A DNA stretch of 47,580 nucleotides from Ruminococcaceae bacterium UBA5401 (lineage in GTDB: Bacteria > Bacillota > Clostridia > Oscillospirales > Acutalibacteraceae): positions 23,514 to 71,093 of the forward strand of contig DHOB01000082.1 in NCBI GenBank assembly GCA_002409675.1, in the 5' to 3' direction. The notes under the pieces were generated by a model. The model was not told where the DNA came from and did not search any database. It saw only the letters and a program-made list of their open reading frames with translations. Of the stretch, positions 8,668 to 17,718 are shown piece by piece. Both the position numbers and the translations under genes were made by a program. How positions within the stretch are numbered: the stretch's first letter is position 1; the number at the start of each line of letters is the position of its first letter.

Positions 8668-9006
8668 TCAGCCGGGAGGCCATTTCATCGAGCGCCCGCC
8701 AAGCAGGTGGAAGTGCAGGTGCGGCACCGTCTGCCCGCCCTCTTTTCCGGCGTTGCAGACGATGCGGAACCCGGCTTCCAGATGGTTCTGCGCCGCGAGC
8801 TTCGCGGCCACCTCAAAGATATGGGCCACAATCGCGCTGTTGGCCGGCGTGATGTCCATGGCGGAAGCAATGTGCTGTTTTGGAATGATGAGAATATGCA
8901 CCGGGGCCTGCGGCTGCAGGTCGTAAAATGCCAGAACCGTTTCGTCCTCGTATGCTTTTCTGCTGGGGATCTCCCCTTTTGCAATCTTGCAGAAAACACA
9001 GTCCAT
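8668..9006 (-). CDS. Histidine triad (HIT/HinT) nucleotide-binding protein
   Basis: DCVFCKI, PQAPVHILIIPK, GQTVPHLHFHLLGGR, WPPG; GGAGG RBS. Confidence 0.95.
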   Translation of the reverse strand: MDCVFCKIAKGEIPSRKAYEDETVLAFYDLQPQAPVHILIIPKQHIASAMDITPANSAIVAHIFEVAAKLAAQNHLEAGFRIVCNAGKEGGQTVPHLHFHLLGGRSMKWPPG

Positions 9007-9045
9007 GCCGCGACCTCCTTCCGGGAATCAAAAATACCGGGTTCT

Positions 9046-9074
9046 ATTATAAACTTATTTTACCATGTTGGCAA
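9046..9074 (-). promoter_or_regulatory. Internal SigA promoter at the alaS 3' end, driving hit and downstream genes
   Basis: TTGCCA (9069-9074), 17 bp, TATAAT (9046-9051). Confidence 0.65.
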
Positions 9075-11694
9075 CGATTTTTTCCACAGAGGCAAGTGCG
9101 CCGTCCAGCCGGGAAAGGTCTTTCGCGCCGGCCATGGCGCTGTCCGCCCGGCCGCCGCCGCCGCCGCCGGCAAGGGCCGCGGCCTGCCGCACCACCCGGC
9201 CCGCGTGGGCGCCCCTGGCCCTTGCGGCCTTGCCCGCGCAGGCGGCCAGGCTGGCCCTGCCGCCCGAAACGCCGGCCAGCACCGCCACGCAGTCCGGGGA
9301 GCGCTCCAGAATCCTGTCGCACATCAGGCGCAGGGCGGCCGGCTCCGCGCCGGCGAACTTCGCCGTGACGACCTTCACGCCGCCCACGTCCTTCGCGCGG
9401 CCCAGCAGGCTCTCCACGCCGGCGGCGGCCAGCTTTGCGTTCAGGGACTCGATTTTGCGGTCCTTTTCCTTCAGTTCCGCCGCCGCCTGCCCGGCCCGGC
9501 GGACCAGCTCCGCCGGATTGTTCACCCTGAGGGCGGCCGCGGCGCGGCGGAGCTCGTCCGTCGTGCGGTCCAGCAGGGCAAGGACGTTGGTGCCGGTGAC
9601 CGCCTCGATGCGGCGGACGCCCGCGGCCGCGGAATTTTCGGAGACGATTTTAAACAGGCCGATTCGGGCGGTGTTGGAGACGTGCGTGCCGCCGCAGAAT
9701 TCCTTTGAGAAATCGCCCGCGGAAACAACGCGGACCACCTTGCCGTACTTCTCGCCGAACAGGGCCATTGCGCCGAGCTTTCTGGCCTCCTCAATCGGCA
9801 TCTCGCGGCATTCGACCGGAAGGGCGTCCAGAATCGCGCCGTTCACGAGCCCTTCCACTTTTTTCAGTTCCTCCGCCGTCAGGGGCGCGAAATGCGTGAA
9901 GTCGAACCGGACGGCTTTTTCGTCGACCAGCTGGCCCGCCTGCTCCACATGCGTGCCGAGCACGCGGCGCAGGGCCGCCTGCAGCAGGTGCGCGGCCGTG
10001 TGGTTGCGCATCACGGCCCTGCGGCGGTCCGCGTTCACCGCCGCCCGCACGGCCTCGCCGACGCGCACGGTCCCGGCCCTGACGGTGCAGCGGTGCAGGA
10101 AGTTCTTCGCGTGGTTTTTCGTCGTTCCGGTCACGGCCAGCACGGCGTCGTCCGATTCGAGGGTGCCGGTGTCGCCCACCTGACCGCCGCCTTCGGCGTA
10201 AAACGCGGTGCGGTCGAGCACCAGCACGGCCTCGTCCCCCGCCGTGGCGGAATCCGCGCGCCCGCCGTCTTTCAGGATGGCGAGCACTTTGGCGGAAGTC
10301 GTAAACCGGTCGTAGCCCACGAACTCCGTCGCGGGCACGCCGTCCAGCAGAGAGCTTTCGCCCGCCCAGGCGTCCGCCCCGGCGTTTTTGCGCGCGGCGC
10401 GGGCGCGCTCGCGCTGCTCGCGCATCAGCCTGCGGAAGGTCTCCTCGTCCACGGTCAGGCCGCGCTCGGCGACGATTTCCTTCGTGAGGTCGATGGGGAA
10501 GCCGTAGGTGTCGCTCAGCCGGAACGCGTCGGCGCCGGAAAAGGTCTTCGCCCCGGTCTTGACCGCGCTGTCCATATAGCCGTTCAGCAGCTGGAGGCCC
10601 TGGTCGATGGTCTTTGCAAAGCTCTCTTCCTCCACGCGGATCAGCTTGACGATCATGTCGCGCTTCTCGGCGAGTTCCGGATAGGCGGCGCGGTTCTCGT
10701 GAATCACCGTGTCGGCCACCCGGTACAGGAACGTGTCGCGGATGCCGAGCAGACGGCCGTGGCGCGCGGCCCGGCGCAGCAGGCGGCGCAGCACGTAGCC
10801 CCGCCCTTCGTTCGACGGCAGGACCCCGTCGCCGATCAGGAAGGTCGTGCTGCGGATGTGGTCGGTAATCACGCGCAGGGAAACGTCCTTTTTGGGGTCT
10901 TCCCCATACTTGACGCCCGCGATGCGGCTCACGTGCTTCATGATGTTCTGGATGGTGTCGACCAGGAACAGGTTGTCCACGCCCTGCAGGATGCAGGCGA
11001 GGCGCTCAAGGCCCATGCCGGTGTCGATGTTCGGGTGCGCCATCGGCGGGTAGTGGCCCTTTCCGTCGCTGTTGTACTGGGAGAACACGACGTTCCAGAA
11101 CTCGACGTAGCGGTCGCAGTCGCAGCCCACGCCGCAGGTCGGCTTTCCGCAGCCGTATCGCTCGCCGCGGTCGAAGTAAATCTCCGAGCACGGGCCGCAG
11201 GGGCCGGAGCCGTGCTCCCAGAAATTATCCTCCCGCCCCATGCGGACGATGCGCTTCGGGTCGAGGCCGACCTCGTTGGTCCAGATGTCGAACGCCTCGT
11301 CGTCGTCCTGATAAATCGTCACCCACAGCCGGTCCACCGGCAGCGCCAGCACTTTGGTGCAGAACTCCCACGCCCAGGCGATCGCCTCGTGCTTGAAATA
11401 GTCGCCGAAAGAGAAGTTGCCCAGCATCTCGAAAAACGTGCCGTGGCGCGAAGTGATGCCCACGCGGTCGATGTCCGGCGTGCGGATGCACTTCTGGCAG
11501 GTGGTCACCCGCCTGCGGGGCGGCGTGACCTCGCCGGTGAAGTATTTTTTCATCGGCGCCATGCCGGAGTTAATCAGCAGCAGGCTGTTGTCGTCCTTTG
11601 GAATCAGCGAAAAGCTCGGCAGCCGAAGATGCCCTTTCGACTCGAAAAACGACAGAAACTTTTCGCGCAGATCGTTCAGTCCCGTCCATTCCAT
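9055..11694 (-). CDS. alaS: Alanine--tRNA ligase
   Basis: NSGMAPMK, QKCIRT, HGTFFEMLGNFSFGDYFK, IDTGMGLERLA, editing motifs HTAAHLL and EFCGGTH, GGGGGR C-Ala domain. Confidence 0.98.
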   Translation of the reverse strand: MEWTGLNDLREKFLSFFESKGHLRLPSFSLIPKDDNSLLLINSGMAPMKKYFTGEVTPPRRRVTTCQKCIRTPDIDRVGITSRHGTFFEMLGNFSFGDYFKHEAIAWAWEFCTKVLALPVDRLWVTIYQDDDEAFDIWTNEVGLDPKRIVRMGREDNFWEHGSGPCGPCSEIYFDRGERYGCGKPTCGVGCDCDRYVEFWNVVFSQYNSDGKGHYPPMAHPNIDTGMGLERLACILQGVDNLFLVDTIQNIMKHVSRIAGVKYGEDPKKDVSLRVITDHIRSTTFLIGDGVLPSNEGRGYVLRRLLRRAARHGRLLGIRDTFLYRVADTVIHENRAAYPELAEKRDMIVKLIRVEEESFAKTIDQGLQLLNGYMDSAVKTGAKTFSGADAFRLSDTYGFPIDLTKEIVAERGLTVDEETFRRLMREQRERARAARKNAGADAWAGESSLLDGVPATEFVGYDRFTTSAKVLAILKDGGRADSATAGDEAVLVLDRTAFYAEGGGQVGDTGTLESDDAVLAVTGTTKNHAKNFLHRCTVRAGTVRVGEAVRAAVNADRRRAVMRNHTAAHLLQAALRRVLGTHVEQAGQLVDEKAVRFDFTHFAPLTAEELKKVEGLVNGAILDALPVECREMPIEEARKLGAMALFGEKYGKVVRVVSAGDFSKEFCGGTHVSNTARIGLFKIVSENSAAAGVRRIEAVTGTNVLALLDRTTDELRRAAAALRVNNPAELVRRAGQAAAELKEKDRKIESLNAKLAAAGVESLLGRAKDVGGVKVVTAKFAGAEPAALRLMCDRILERSPDCVAVLAGVSGGRASLAACAGKAARARGAHAGRVVRQAAALAGGGGGGRADSAMAGAKDLSRLDGALASVEKIVANMVK

Positions 11695-11736
11695 ATTCCG
11701 TTTCTACTCCATTCCCGCCCGGCGCCGGGCCGGGCC

Positions 11737-11975
11737 AAAAAAATAAGGCTTTCCCGTCCATATGGGACGGAAAAGCCCGTGGTACCACCCAATTTGCGCC
11801 GCTTCCGGCGCCGCTCCAGCCCCCGTAACGCGGGGAAAACGCCGCGCCTTTTCGGCGCGGGGCTCCGGGCCGGCTCTGCGCGGCGCACCCGCGGGAACCT
11901 TGCACCCGAAGGGTTCCCTCTCTGCTGCGGGGCGGCGGCGCTTGATGCCCATCCTTGCCTTTGCACTATCCGGTT
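11737..11975 (-). promoter_or_regulatory. T-box riboswitch (Ala specifier GCC) with terminator
   Basis: T-box GGGTGGTACCACG at 11778-11790; terminator GGCTTTTCCGTCCCATATGGGACGGGAAAGCC followed by a U-rich tract; stem I AGAGA and GGTGCAA motifs; putative specifier GCC at 11872-11874. Confidence 0.9.
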
Positions 11976-12023
11976 TTGCGCGGCCGGAGCTTTCATCGAA
12001 AAGCCCGGCCTCTTACCCGTTTG

Positions 12024-12052
12024 ATTATAAAACGGATTGCCGGAAAAGTCAA
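12024..12052 (-). promoter_or_regulatory. SigA promoter of T-box-alaS
   Basis: TTGACT (12047-12052), 17 bp, TATAAT (12024-12029). Confidence 0.8.
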
Positions 12053-12103
12053 CGCCGCCGCGCGGAGAAACACGCCCGGAAAAGCGGCGGCTCCGCGTTT
12101 TTC

Positions 12104-12907
12104 TCACGTGTCGTCCAGGTCGGTTTCCTCCTGCGGAACGGACCGGGGCTCGCGCCCGAACAGGGTCTTGGAATTCGACAGCACCATCACCAGCGAGATG
12201 ATGACGATTACAATCGCGGCGATGGCCGTGATGGTCGGGTCGAGCTGCTGGTTCAACCCGTCCCAGATTCGCTTCGGGAGCGTGGTGATCCGGATGCCGC
12301 AGAGGAACTGCGTCACGATGATCTCGTCGAAAGAGGTCGCGAACGCGAACATCGCACCGGAAAAGATGGCCGGCTTGATAATCGGCACGGTGACTCTGAA
12401 AAAGGTGGTAAGCCTGCCGGCGCCGAGGCTGCGCGACGCCAGCTCGTAGTTCGGGTTCAGCCCAATCAGGTTGGAAAGAACCGTGCGGATGACGAACGGG
12501 ACGGCCATCAGCGTGTGCGCAATCAGCAGGCCGCTGAACGTGCTGGCCAGGCTGATCTCAGCCTCGAACCGGTAGATGGCGATGCCGACGATGATCCCGG
12601 GCACCAGCATCGGCATCATGAAAATTTCTATGATGGTGTCCTTTCCCCTGAATTCCGACTTTGAAAGCCCCTCGGCGGCCAGGATTCCCAGCACAAGGGA
12701 CAGCACGGTGGTCAGCACCGCGAGTTCCACGCTGATTTTCAGCGCGTTGACCCACTGCGGGTTGCCAAAAAATGCCTGATACCACTGCGTTGAAAAGCCC
12801 GGCGGGGGAAATTCCAGATACCGCGAAGCGCTGAACGACATCGGGATGATAATCATCACCGGAAGAATCAGAAACAGGACAATCAGAATCGTAAAAAACC
12901 ACAGCAT
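12104..12907 (-). CDS. ABC transporter permease, PotC-like
   Basis: Start MLWFFT; FPPPGFSTQWY, EAA motif ELASRSLGA, FATSFDEII, TTLPKRIW. Confidence 0.9.
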   Translation of the reverse strand: MLWFFTILIVLFLILPVMIIIPMSFSASRYLEFPPPGFSTQWYQAFFGNPQWVNALKISVELAVLTTVLSLVLGILAAEGLSKSEFRGKDTIIEIFMMPMLVPGIIVGIAIYRFEAEISLASTFSGLLIAHTLMAVPFVIRTVLSNLIGLNPNYELASRSLGAGRLTTFFRVTVPIIKPAIFSGAMFAFATSFDEIIVTQFLCGIRITTLPKRIWDGLNQQLDPTITAIAAIVIVIISLVMVLSNSKTLFGREPRSVPQEETDLDDT

Positions 12908-12924
12908 CTCGGAACCCGTCCTTT

Positions 12925-13818
12925 CTACCAGAGCTTTTGCACATGCATCACTTTTTTGGACAGATACAGAATCCCATAGGTAAAAGCCAGAAGCACAATC
13001 GATATGGCCGAGGCGAAAGGCCAGTTCATCAGCTTGTTCACCTGCACCTGGATGGCCTGGGATATCATGATGTCCTTCGTTCCGCCGAGCAGCGACGGGG
13101 TGATATAGTAGCCGATGCTCATCACGAACACGAGGATGGAGCCGCAGGAAACGCCCGGCATGCTCAGCGGCACAAAAACGTGCAGGAAGGTATAGCCCTT
13201 TTTCGCACCCAGGGTCCGGGACGCGAGGATAAGGTCGCGGTTGATGCCCTTCATCACCGGGTAAAGCGAAAGGATCATATAAGGGAGCAGGATGTGAATC
13301 ATCCCGATATAGATGCCGAGCTCGTTGTGCATCAGGGGCAGCGGCTGGCGAATCAGCCCCAGGCTCTTCAGGATATTGTTGACCACGCCGTTCGACTGCA
13401 GAAGAATCATCCAGGCGTAAGTCCGCACCAGCAGACTCGTCCAGAACGGAATCAGCACGGCAATCGTGAGCAGGCAGCACACCCGCTTGGAGCACACCGT
13501 CATCGCGTAGGCCACGGGGTAGCCCAGCACGAGGCAGACGAGCGTCACAACCAGGCTGATGCGGAAGGTCGTCGCAATCACCTTCAGATAGACGGGGCTG
13601 CTGAAAAACTTTGCGTAAGACGCCAGCGTAAGCCCGCTCTGCGGCCCGGTAAAGCTCATCGCCAGAATCTGGACCAGCGGCCAGATGAAGAACACCGCAA
13701 AAAATGCGGCGGGCGGAAGAATCAGCATCCACGGTCTGAAAAAGCTTCTTCCCCGCGGCTCCTTCTCTTTCTGGGCGACTTTTGTATTCTTAAGGGCAAT
13801 CTCCATATCTCTTGGCAT
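12925..13818 (-). CDS. ABC transporter permease, PotB-like (start may be 13824)
   Basis: LGYPVAY, PFWTSLLVRTYAW, HILLPYMIL, ASRTLGA, GYYITPSLLGG, NWPFASA. Confidence 0.9.
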   Translation of the reverse strand: MPRDMEIALKNTKVAQKEKEPRGRSFFRPWMLILPPAAFFAVFFIWPLVQILAMSFTGPQSGLTLASYAKFFSSPVYLKVIATTFRISLVVTLVCLVLGYPVAYAMTVCSKRVCCLLTIAVLIPFWTSLLVRTYAWMILLQSNGVVNNILKSLGLIRQPLPLMHNELGIYIGMIHILLPYMILSLYPVMKGINRDLILASRTLGAKKGYTFLHVFVPLSMPGVSCGSILVFVMSIGYYITPSLLGGTKDIMISQAIQVQVNKLMNWPFASAISIVLLAFTYGILYLSKKVMHVQKLW

Positions 13819-13885
13819 AAGCAATCTCTCCCGCCTGTAGAGTAAAATAGGTTAAAACCGTAAAAGACTTTCGCGGGTCCCCTCC

Positions 13886-13922
13886 CTCTGCGGCCGCGGC
13901 GGAATCCGACGCGGCCGCAGAG
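13886..13922. repeat. GC-rich stem-loop between the SBP and permease genes (probable mRNA stabiliser or partial terminator)
   Basis: CTCTGCGGCCGCG...CGCGGCCGCAGAG 13-bp inverted repeat with no adjacent U-tract. Confidence 0.6.
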
Positions 13923-13934
13923 CCGAAGGGCCGG

Positions 13935-15041
13935 TCACTTCATCTTCCAGTCCTGAAAGCGCTGGTAGACGGAATCGTAGTTCTCCACCCACCATTTTAC
14001 GTCGTAATACACCTGGTTCTTTATCTTTTCCGGCGAAGACGCCAGCTTGCCGACCTGCTCGGACGTCATCAGCTTGTAGGCGTTGTTGTTGCAGGGGGCG
14101 TTGCCGGGGTATTCGACGGCATAGTCCGCCACAATCTGCGCGGAGGTTGCAAAGGCGATGAAGTCGTTCGCCATCTCGACGTTTTTCGAGCCCTTGCCGA
14201 TGACCCAGGAATCGGCCGTGATGATCGCCTGGTTCGGGTCATAATCGACCGGCTGGCCCTCTTCTTTCGCCTTGATGACCCGGCCGGCCCAGAGCTCGCC
14301 CAGGGGATTGTCTCCGCTGGAGACGAGCTGCACCGACTGCGAACCGGAATCCCAGAAGGTCTGGACGTCTTTCTTATGCTTGGTCAGAAACGCGAACGCG
14401 CGGTCCACATCCAGCGGATAGAGCTTTCCCTTGTCCACGCCGTCGGCCATCAGGACGGCCTCCAGCATGGACATCGGGTTGGAATACAGGGTGCGGCTGC
14501 CCGGGTACTTCGCGGTGTCAAAAAACTCCTTCCAGGTCTTCGGGTGGTTCTGCTCGGAAAATTTGTCCGTGTTCCACGAGATGCAGATGGCGGAGCACTC
14601 CGAGGGCACGGAATAGTCCGTGATGAAATTGCTGATTAAACCGTCTTTTTTGACGACGCTGAAATCGATCTTCTCAAACAGATTCTGCTTTTCGCCGCGG
14701 AACGCAAAGTCAGTGTCGACATCCCAGACGTCCACTTCCATGTTGTTCGCCTGGACGGCCGCCTTGACCTTCGCAGGGCTGGGGTCGGTGTCTTCCGCAA
14801 CCGTGCACCCGTATTTTTCGGCGAATTTGTCGAAGATGGTTTTTTTCTGGGCCGCCTGAATCGCCCCGCCCCAGCTGCAGACGGTCAGGGCCTTCCCCTG
14901 CCATTTCTTGCCGCCCGCGCTTCCGGACGGCGCGGACGCACCGGAGCCGGAGCTGCACGCTGCGGTGGAAAAAATCAGGGAAGCCGCTGCGAGCCCGGCA
15001 GTAAGACGGGATACTCTTCCCCGGCACGTTTTCTGTTTCAT
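13935..15041 (-). CDS. ABC substrate-binding lipoprotein, PotD/PotF-like family
   Basis: Signal peptide with lipobox (STAA-C), SWGG, PKTWKEFFD, LMADGV, LYPLDVDRAF; GAGGG RBS. Confidence 0.88.
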   Translation of the reverse strand: MKQKTCRGRVSRLTAGLAAASLIFSTAACSSGSGASAPSGSAGGKKWQGKALTVCSWGGAIQAAQKKTIFDKFAEKYGCTVAEDTDPSPAKVKAAVQANNMEVDVWDVDTDFAFRGEKQNLFEKIDFSVVKKDGLISNFITDYSVPSECSAICISWNTDKFSEQNHPKTWKEFFDTAKYPGSRTLYSNPMSMLEAVLMADGVDKGKLYPLDVDRAFAFLTKHKKDVQTFWDSGSQSVQLVSSGDNPLGELWAGRVIKAKEEGQPVDYDPNQAIITADSWVIGKGSKNVEMANDFIAFATSAQIVADYAVEYPGNAPCNNNAYKLMTSEQVGKLASSPEKIKNQVYYDVKWWVENYDSVYQRFQDWKMK

Positions 15042-15106
15042 GTTGTCGCCCTCTCTCATATCCGAAATATCCGAAATAAATGATGAAGCGGTCCTGCGCG
15101 GGCCCC

Positions 15107-16180
15107 TCACGGCTTGACCTGCACGATGTCCTCCTCCGGCACGCCGAGCGTCACTTCGTCGCCGACGTCCAGGGAAAGGGAAGAGGTCGTAAAGACCTTG
15201 ACCTTCATGTGGTGGCCGTTGCCCAGCCGGACCCTCAGCTTCAGAGCGTCCCCGACGTACACGGACTGCTCGATTTTTCCGTGAAACTTCAGCCCGCCGT
15301 AGGAATCGTCGACCAGATTGATTTTCTCCGGGCGAATCACAACGTTGACGACGTCGTTTTCCGAATAGCTCCGGGTCTGGTCCGGGGCGGGGACGGTGAT
15401 GCCGTGCAGGCTGATTTTGGCTTTGCCGTCCCGGTCCACGGAAACGACCGGGCAGGGGACGACGTTTGCCTCGCCGATAAATTTGGCGCAGAACACCGAC
15501 GCGGGCTTTTCGTAAATCTCGGTCGGGGTCGCGACCTGCTCGATTCTGCCGTCCCTCATGATGCAGACATCGGTGGCCATGGTCAAAGCCTCTTCCTGGT
15601 CGTGCGTGACGGAGACGGTCGTGATGCCGAACTCGCGGTGGATATCCTTGATTTCGAGCTGCATCTGCTTCCGGAGCTGTTTGTCGAGAGCCGCCATCGG
15701 TTCGTCCAGCAGCAGGATGATGGGGTCGAAGACCAGCGCCCTGGCCAGGGCGACGCGCTGCTGCTGGCCGCCGCTGAGCTCCCGCGGGTAGCGGGACGCA
15801 TATTCCGAAAGCCGCACCCGCTTCAGAATCGCGGTGATTCTTTTCTTTCTCTCTTCTTTCGGCATCTTGCGGACGCTCAGCGGATACTCCACGTTTTTAT
15901 AGACCGTCATGTGCGGGAACAGCGCGTAGTTCTGGAACAGCATGCCGATGTTGCGCTTGTGAATCGGGGTCCGGGACACGTCGTTCCCATTGATGAAGAT
16001 ATGTCCTTTCGTCGGTTCCTCAAAGCCCGCAATCATTTTCAGCAGAGTCGTCTTGCCGGCGCCGCTCGGGCCCAAAATCGTGAGGAATTCCCCGTCCCGG
16101 ATATCGATGTTCACATTTTTTATCACTTTGGTCTGCTTGTAGTTCTTGTCGATGTTCTGCAGCTTGATTCTGGCACCCAT
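15107..16180 (-). CDS. ABC transporter ATP-binding protein, PotA-like
   Basis: [46 protein letters not shown]-terminal TOBE-like region; GGAGG RBS. Confidence 0.92.
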   Translation of the reverse strand: MGARIKLQNIDKNYKQTKVIKNVNIDIRDGEFLTILGPSGAGKTTLLKMIAGFEEPTKGHIFINGNDVSRTPIHKRNIGMLFQNYALFPHMTVYKNVEYPLSVRKMPKEERKKRITAILKRVRLSEYASRYPRELSGGQQQRVALARALVFDPIILLLDEPMAALDKQLRKQMQLEIKDIHREFGITTVSVTHDQEEALTMATDVCIMRDGRIEQVATPTEIYEKPASVFCAKFIGEANVVPCPVVSVDRDGKAKISLHGITVPAPDQTRSYSENDVVNVVIRPEKINLVDDSYGGLKFHGKIEQSVYVGDALKLRVRLGNGHHMKVKVFTTSSLSLDVGDEVTLGVPEEDIVQVKP

Positions 16181-16223
16181 ACGGAAGGTCCCTCCTGTCG
16201 CGGACGTAATATGACGTAATATG

Positions 16224-16266
16224 AAAAAAGGCGGGTATGAACCGAAATTCATAAGCGCCCTTGCTT
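16224..16266 (-). terminator. Intercistronic terminator overlapped by an alternative hexaloop hairpin (candidate attenuator)
   Basis: AAGGGCG-CU-UAUGAAU-UUCG-GUUCAUA-CC-CGCCUU-UUUU; competing hairpin AAGC[AAGGGC]GCUU at 16253-16266. Confidence 0.65.
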
Positions 16267-16303
16267 TCGTCTTAAATCAGCCCGGTTTGAACCGGTCTTA
16301 CTC

Positions 16304-17512
16304 TTAAATTGTTTCAGAAGCCTTTTTCAGAATCCCGAAGGCTTTGTCGCAGTCTTTTTCCGTCAGAATCAACGGGGGAATCAGGCGGATGATCCGGTCG
16401 CCGATGAGGGTGACCAGCAGCCTGTTGTCAAAGCAGGCGTGCTTCACCTGCAGGCCGAACGGACCGTCGTATTCGATTCCAATCAGCAGGCCCTTGCCGC
16501 GCACTTCTTTGACGTGCGGCAGCGTGCGGAGCTTGCGTGTCAGGTAGCCGCCCATCTTTTTGGCGTTGCCCGCCAGGTCGCGGTCCAGCAGCTCGTTGAT
16601 CTGCGCGAGAGAAGCGGCGCAGCACACGGGGTTGCCGCCGTAGGTCGTGCCGTGGGAGCCAAACGAGAAGGCTTTTGCAATCTCGTCGCTGGTGACGATT
16701 GCGGAAATCGGCATCCCGCCGCCCATCGCCTTGGCCATCGACAGGATATCCGGCTTGATGCCGTAATCCATGTACGCCATAATCCGCCCGGAGCGGCACC
16801 AGCCGGTCTGGACTTCGTCCAGCAGCAGCAAAAGTCCTTTTTCGTCGCAGAGCTTCCGCAGGCCCCGCAGGAATTCGGGCGTCGCCGGAATCACGCCGCC
16901 TTCGCCCTGAATCGGCTCCACCATAATCGCGATGGTGTTTTCCGTGACCTGCTCCCGGAACGAATCCAGGTTGTTGTATTCCGCGTAGGAAAATCCCGGG
17001 AGCATCGGCTTAAAGCCGATTTGGCAGGCGTTGTCCGGCTGGCCCGTGGCGGAAAGGGAGCCGTAGGTCCTGCCGTGGAAGCCGCCCTTCGCCGTGATAA
17101 TATGGTATTTGTTGGGGCCGTATTTTTCGACGCCGTATTTTCTGGCCATCTTAATCATGGCCTCGTTGGCCTCTGTGCCGGAATTCTGGTAATAAATCTT
17201 GTCGAAGCCCAGCGTGGTGCAGATTTTCTCCGCCAAAAGCGCCTGCGGAAGCGTATAGGGATAGTTGAACGTGTGGATTACGTCGCCGACCTGGTCCCGG
17301 ACGGCCGCCACGACCTTTTCGTTGCAGTTCCCGGCGCCGTTTACCGCAATCCCGCCGTAAAAATCGAGGTAGGCGTTGCCCTTCTCGTCATAGAGATACA
17401 TCCCCTTCGCCCGCTCGCATACGAAATCATAGCGCTCGTATGTCTCAATCATGTACTTGTGCACCAGGGCCTTGACGTCCTGTGCCGATTTGCCATATTC
17501 TTTGAGCCTCAC
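16304..17512 (-). CDS. Class III PLP aminotransferase (ArgD/acetylornithine aminotransferase-like)
   Basis: GTG start after GAGGTG; NSGTEANE, FHGRT, EPIQGEGG, DEVQTG, AKAMGGG (PLP Lys), HGTTYGGNP. Confidence 0.9.
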   Translation of the reverse strand: MRLKEYGKSAQDVKALVHKYMIETYERYDFVCERAKGMYLYDEKGNAYLDFYGGIAVNGAGNCNEKVVAAVRDQVGDVIHTFNYPYTLPQALLAEKICTTLGFDKIYYQNSGTEANEAMIKMARKYGVEKYGPNKYHIITAKGGFHGRTYGSLSATGQPDNACQIGFKPMLPGFSYAEYNNLDSFREQVTENTIAIMVEPIQGEGGVIPATPEFLRGLRKLCDEKGLLLLLDEVQTGWCRSGRIMAYMDYGIKPDILSMAKAMGGGMPISAIVTSDEIAKAFSFGSHGTTYGGNPVCCAASLAQINELLDRDLAGNAKKMGGYLTRKLRTLPHVKEVRGKGLLIGIEYDGPFGLQVKHACFDNRLLVTLIGDRIIRLIPPLILTEKDCDKAFGILKKASETI

Positions 17513-17605
17513 AACAAACACCTCAATATTAAAAAAATGAAGGAACAACGGCAGGAACCGCCGGCTGCCCAACACGGGTTTGAGAGTTTAAAAGTATGAA
17601 AACGC

Positions 17606-17653
17606 AAAAGAACAAGAGTGCCCTGTTTCTTTACAGAACACCCTTGTTCTTTT
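17606..17653 (-). terminator. Leader terminator/attenuator of the aminotransferase-ABC operon
   Basis: 21-bp stem (3 G-U pairs) AAAAGAACAAGGGUGUUCUGU/ACAGGGCACUCUUGUUCUUUU between promoter and start codon; competing hairpin AGAAC[AAGGGU]GUUCU at 17635-17650. Confidence 0.7.
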
Positions 17654-17689
17654 AAAGCTGTCTTATGAAGTTCCTCTGAGATTGAACCT

Positions 17690-17718
17690 ATTATAAGCTG
17701 TGCGCATTGTCTTGTCAA
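17690..17718 (-). promoter_or_regulatory. Consensus SigA promoter of the aminotransferase-ABC operon
   Basis: TTGACA (17713-17718), 17 bp, TATAAT (17690-17695). Confidence 0.85.

Noticed and set aside
9892-12024. Long antisense ORFs opposite alaS (similar ones oppose comEC, the PBP, U32 and wzy)
   Set aside because: Shadow ORFs caused by GC-rich codon usage; no motifs, RBS or promoters.
12104-13732. 542-aa ORF suggesting a fused double permease or frameshift
   Set aside because: The PotB-like and PotC-like genes are each intact with separate starts; the extension is an off-frame overlap.
15059-15078. 9-bp tandem duplication TATCCGAAA x2 before the SBP RBS
   Set aside because: Only two copies; most simply a slippage event with no evidence of function.
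17640-17690. Resemblance of the aminotransferase leader to a preQ1-I riboswitch (GGUUC...AAAAGAACAAGG)
   Set aside because: The required P1 stem is missing, the GGUUC lies at or before the predicted TSS, and the gene context is unrelated to queuosine.
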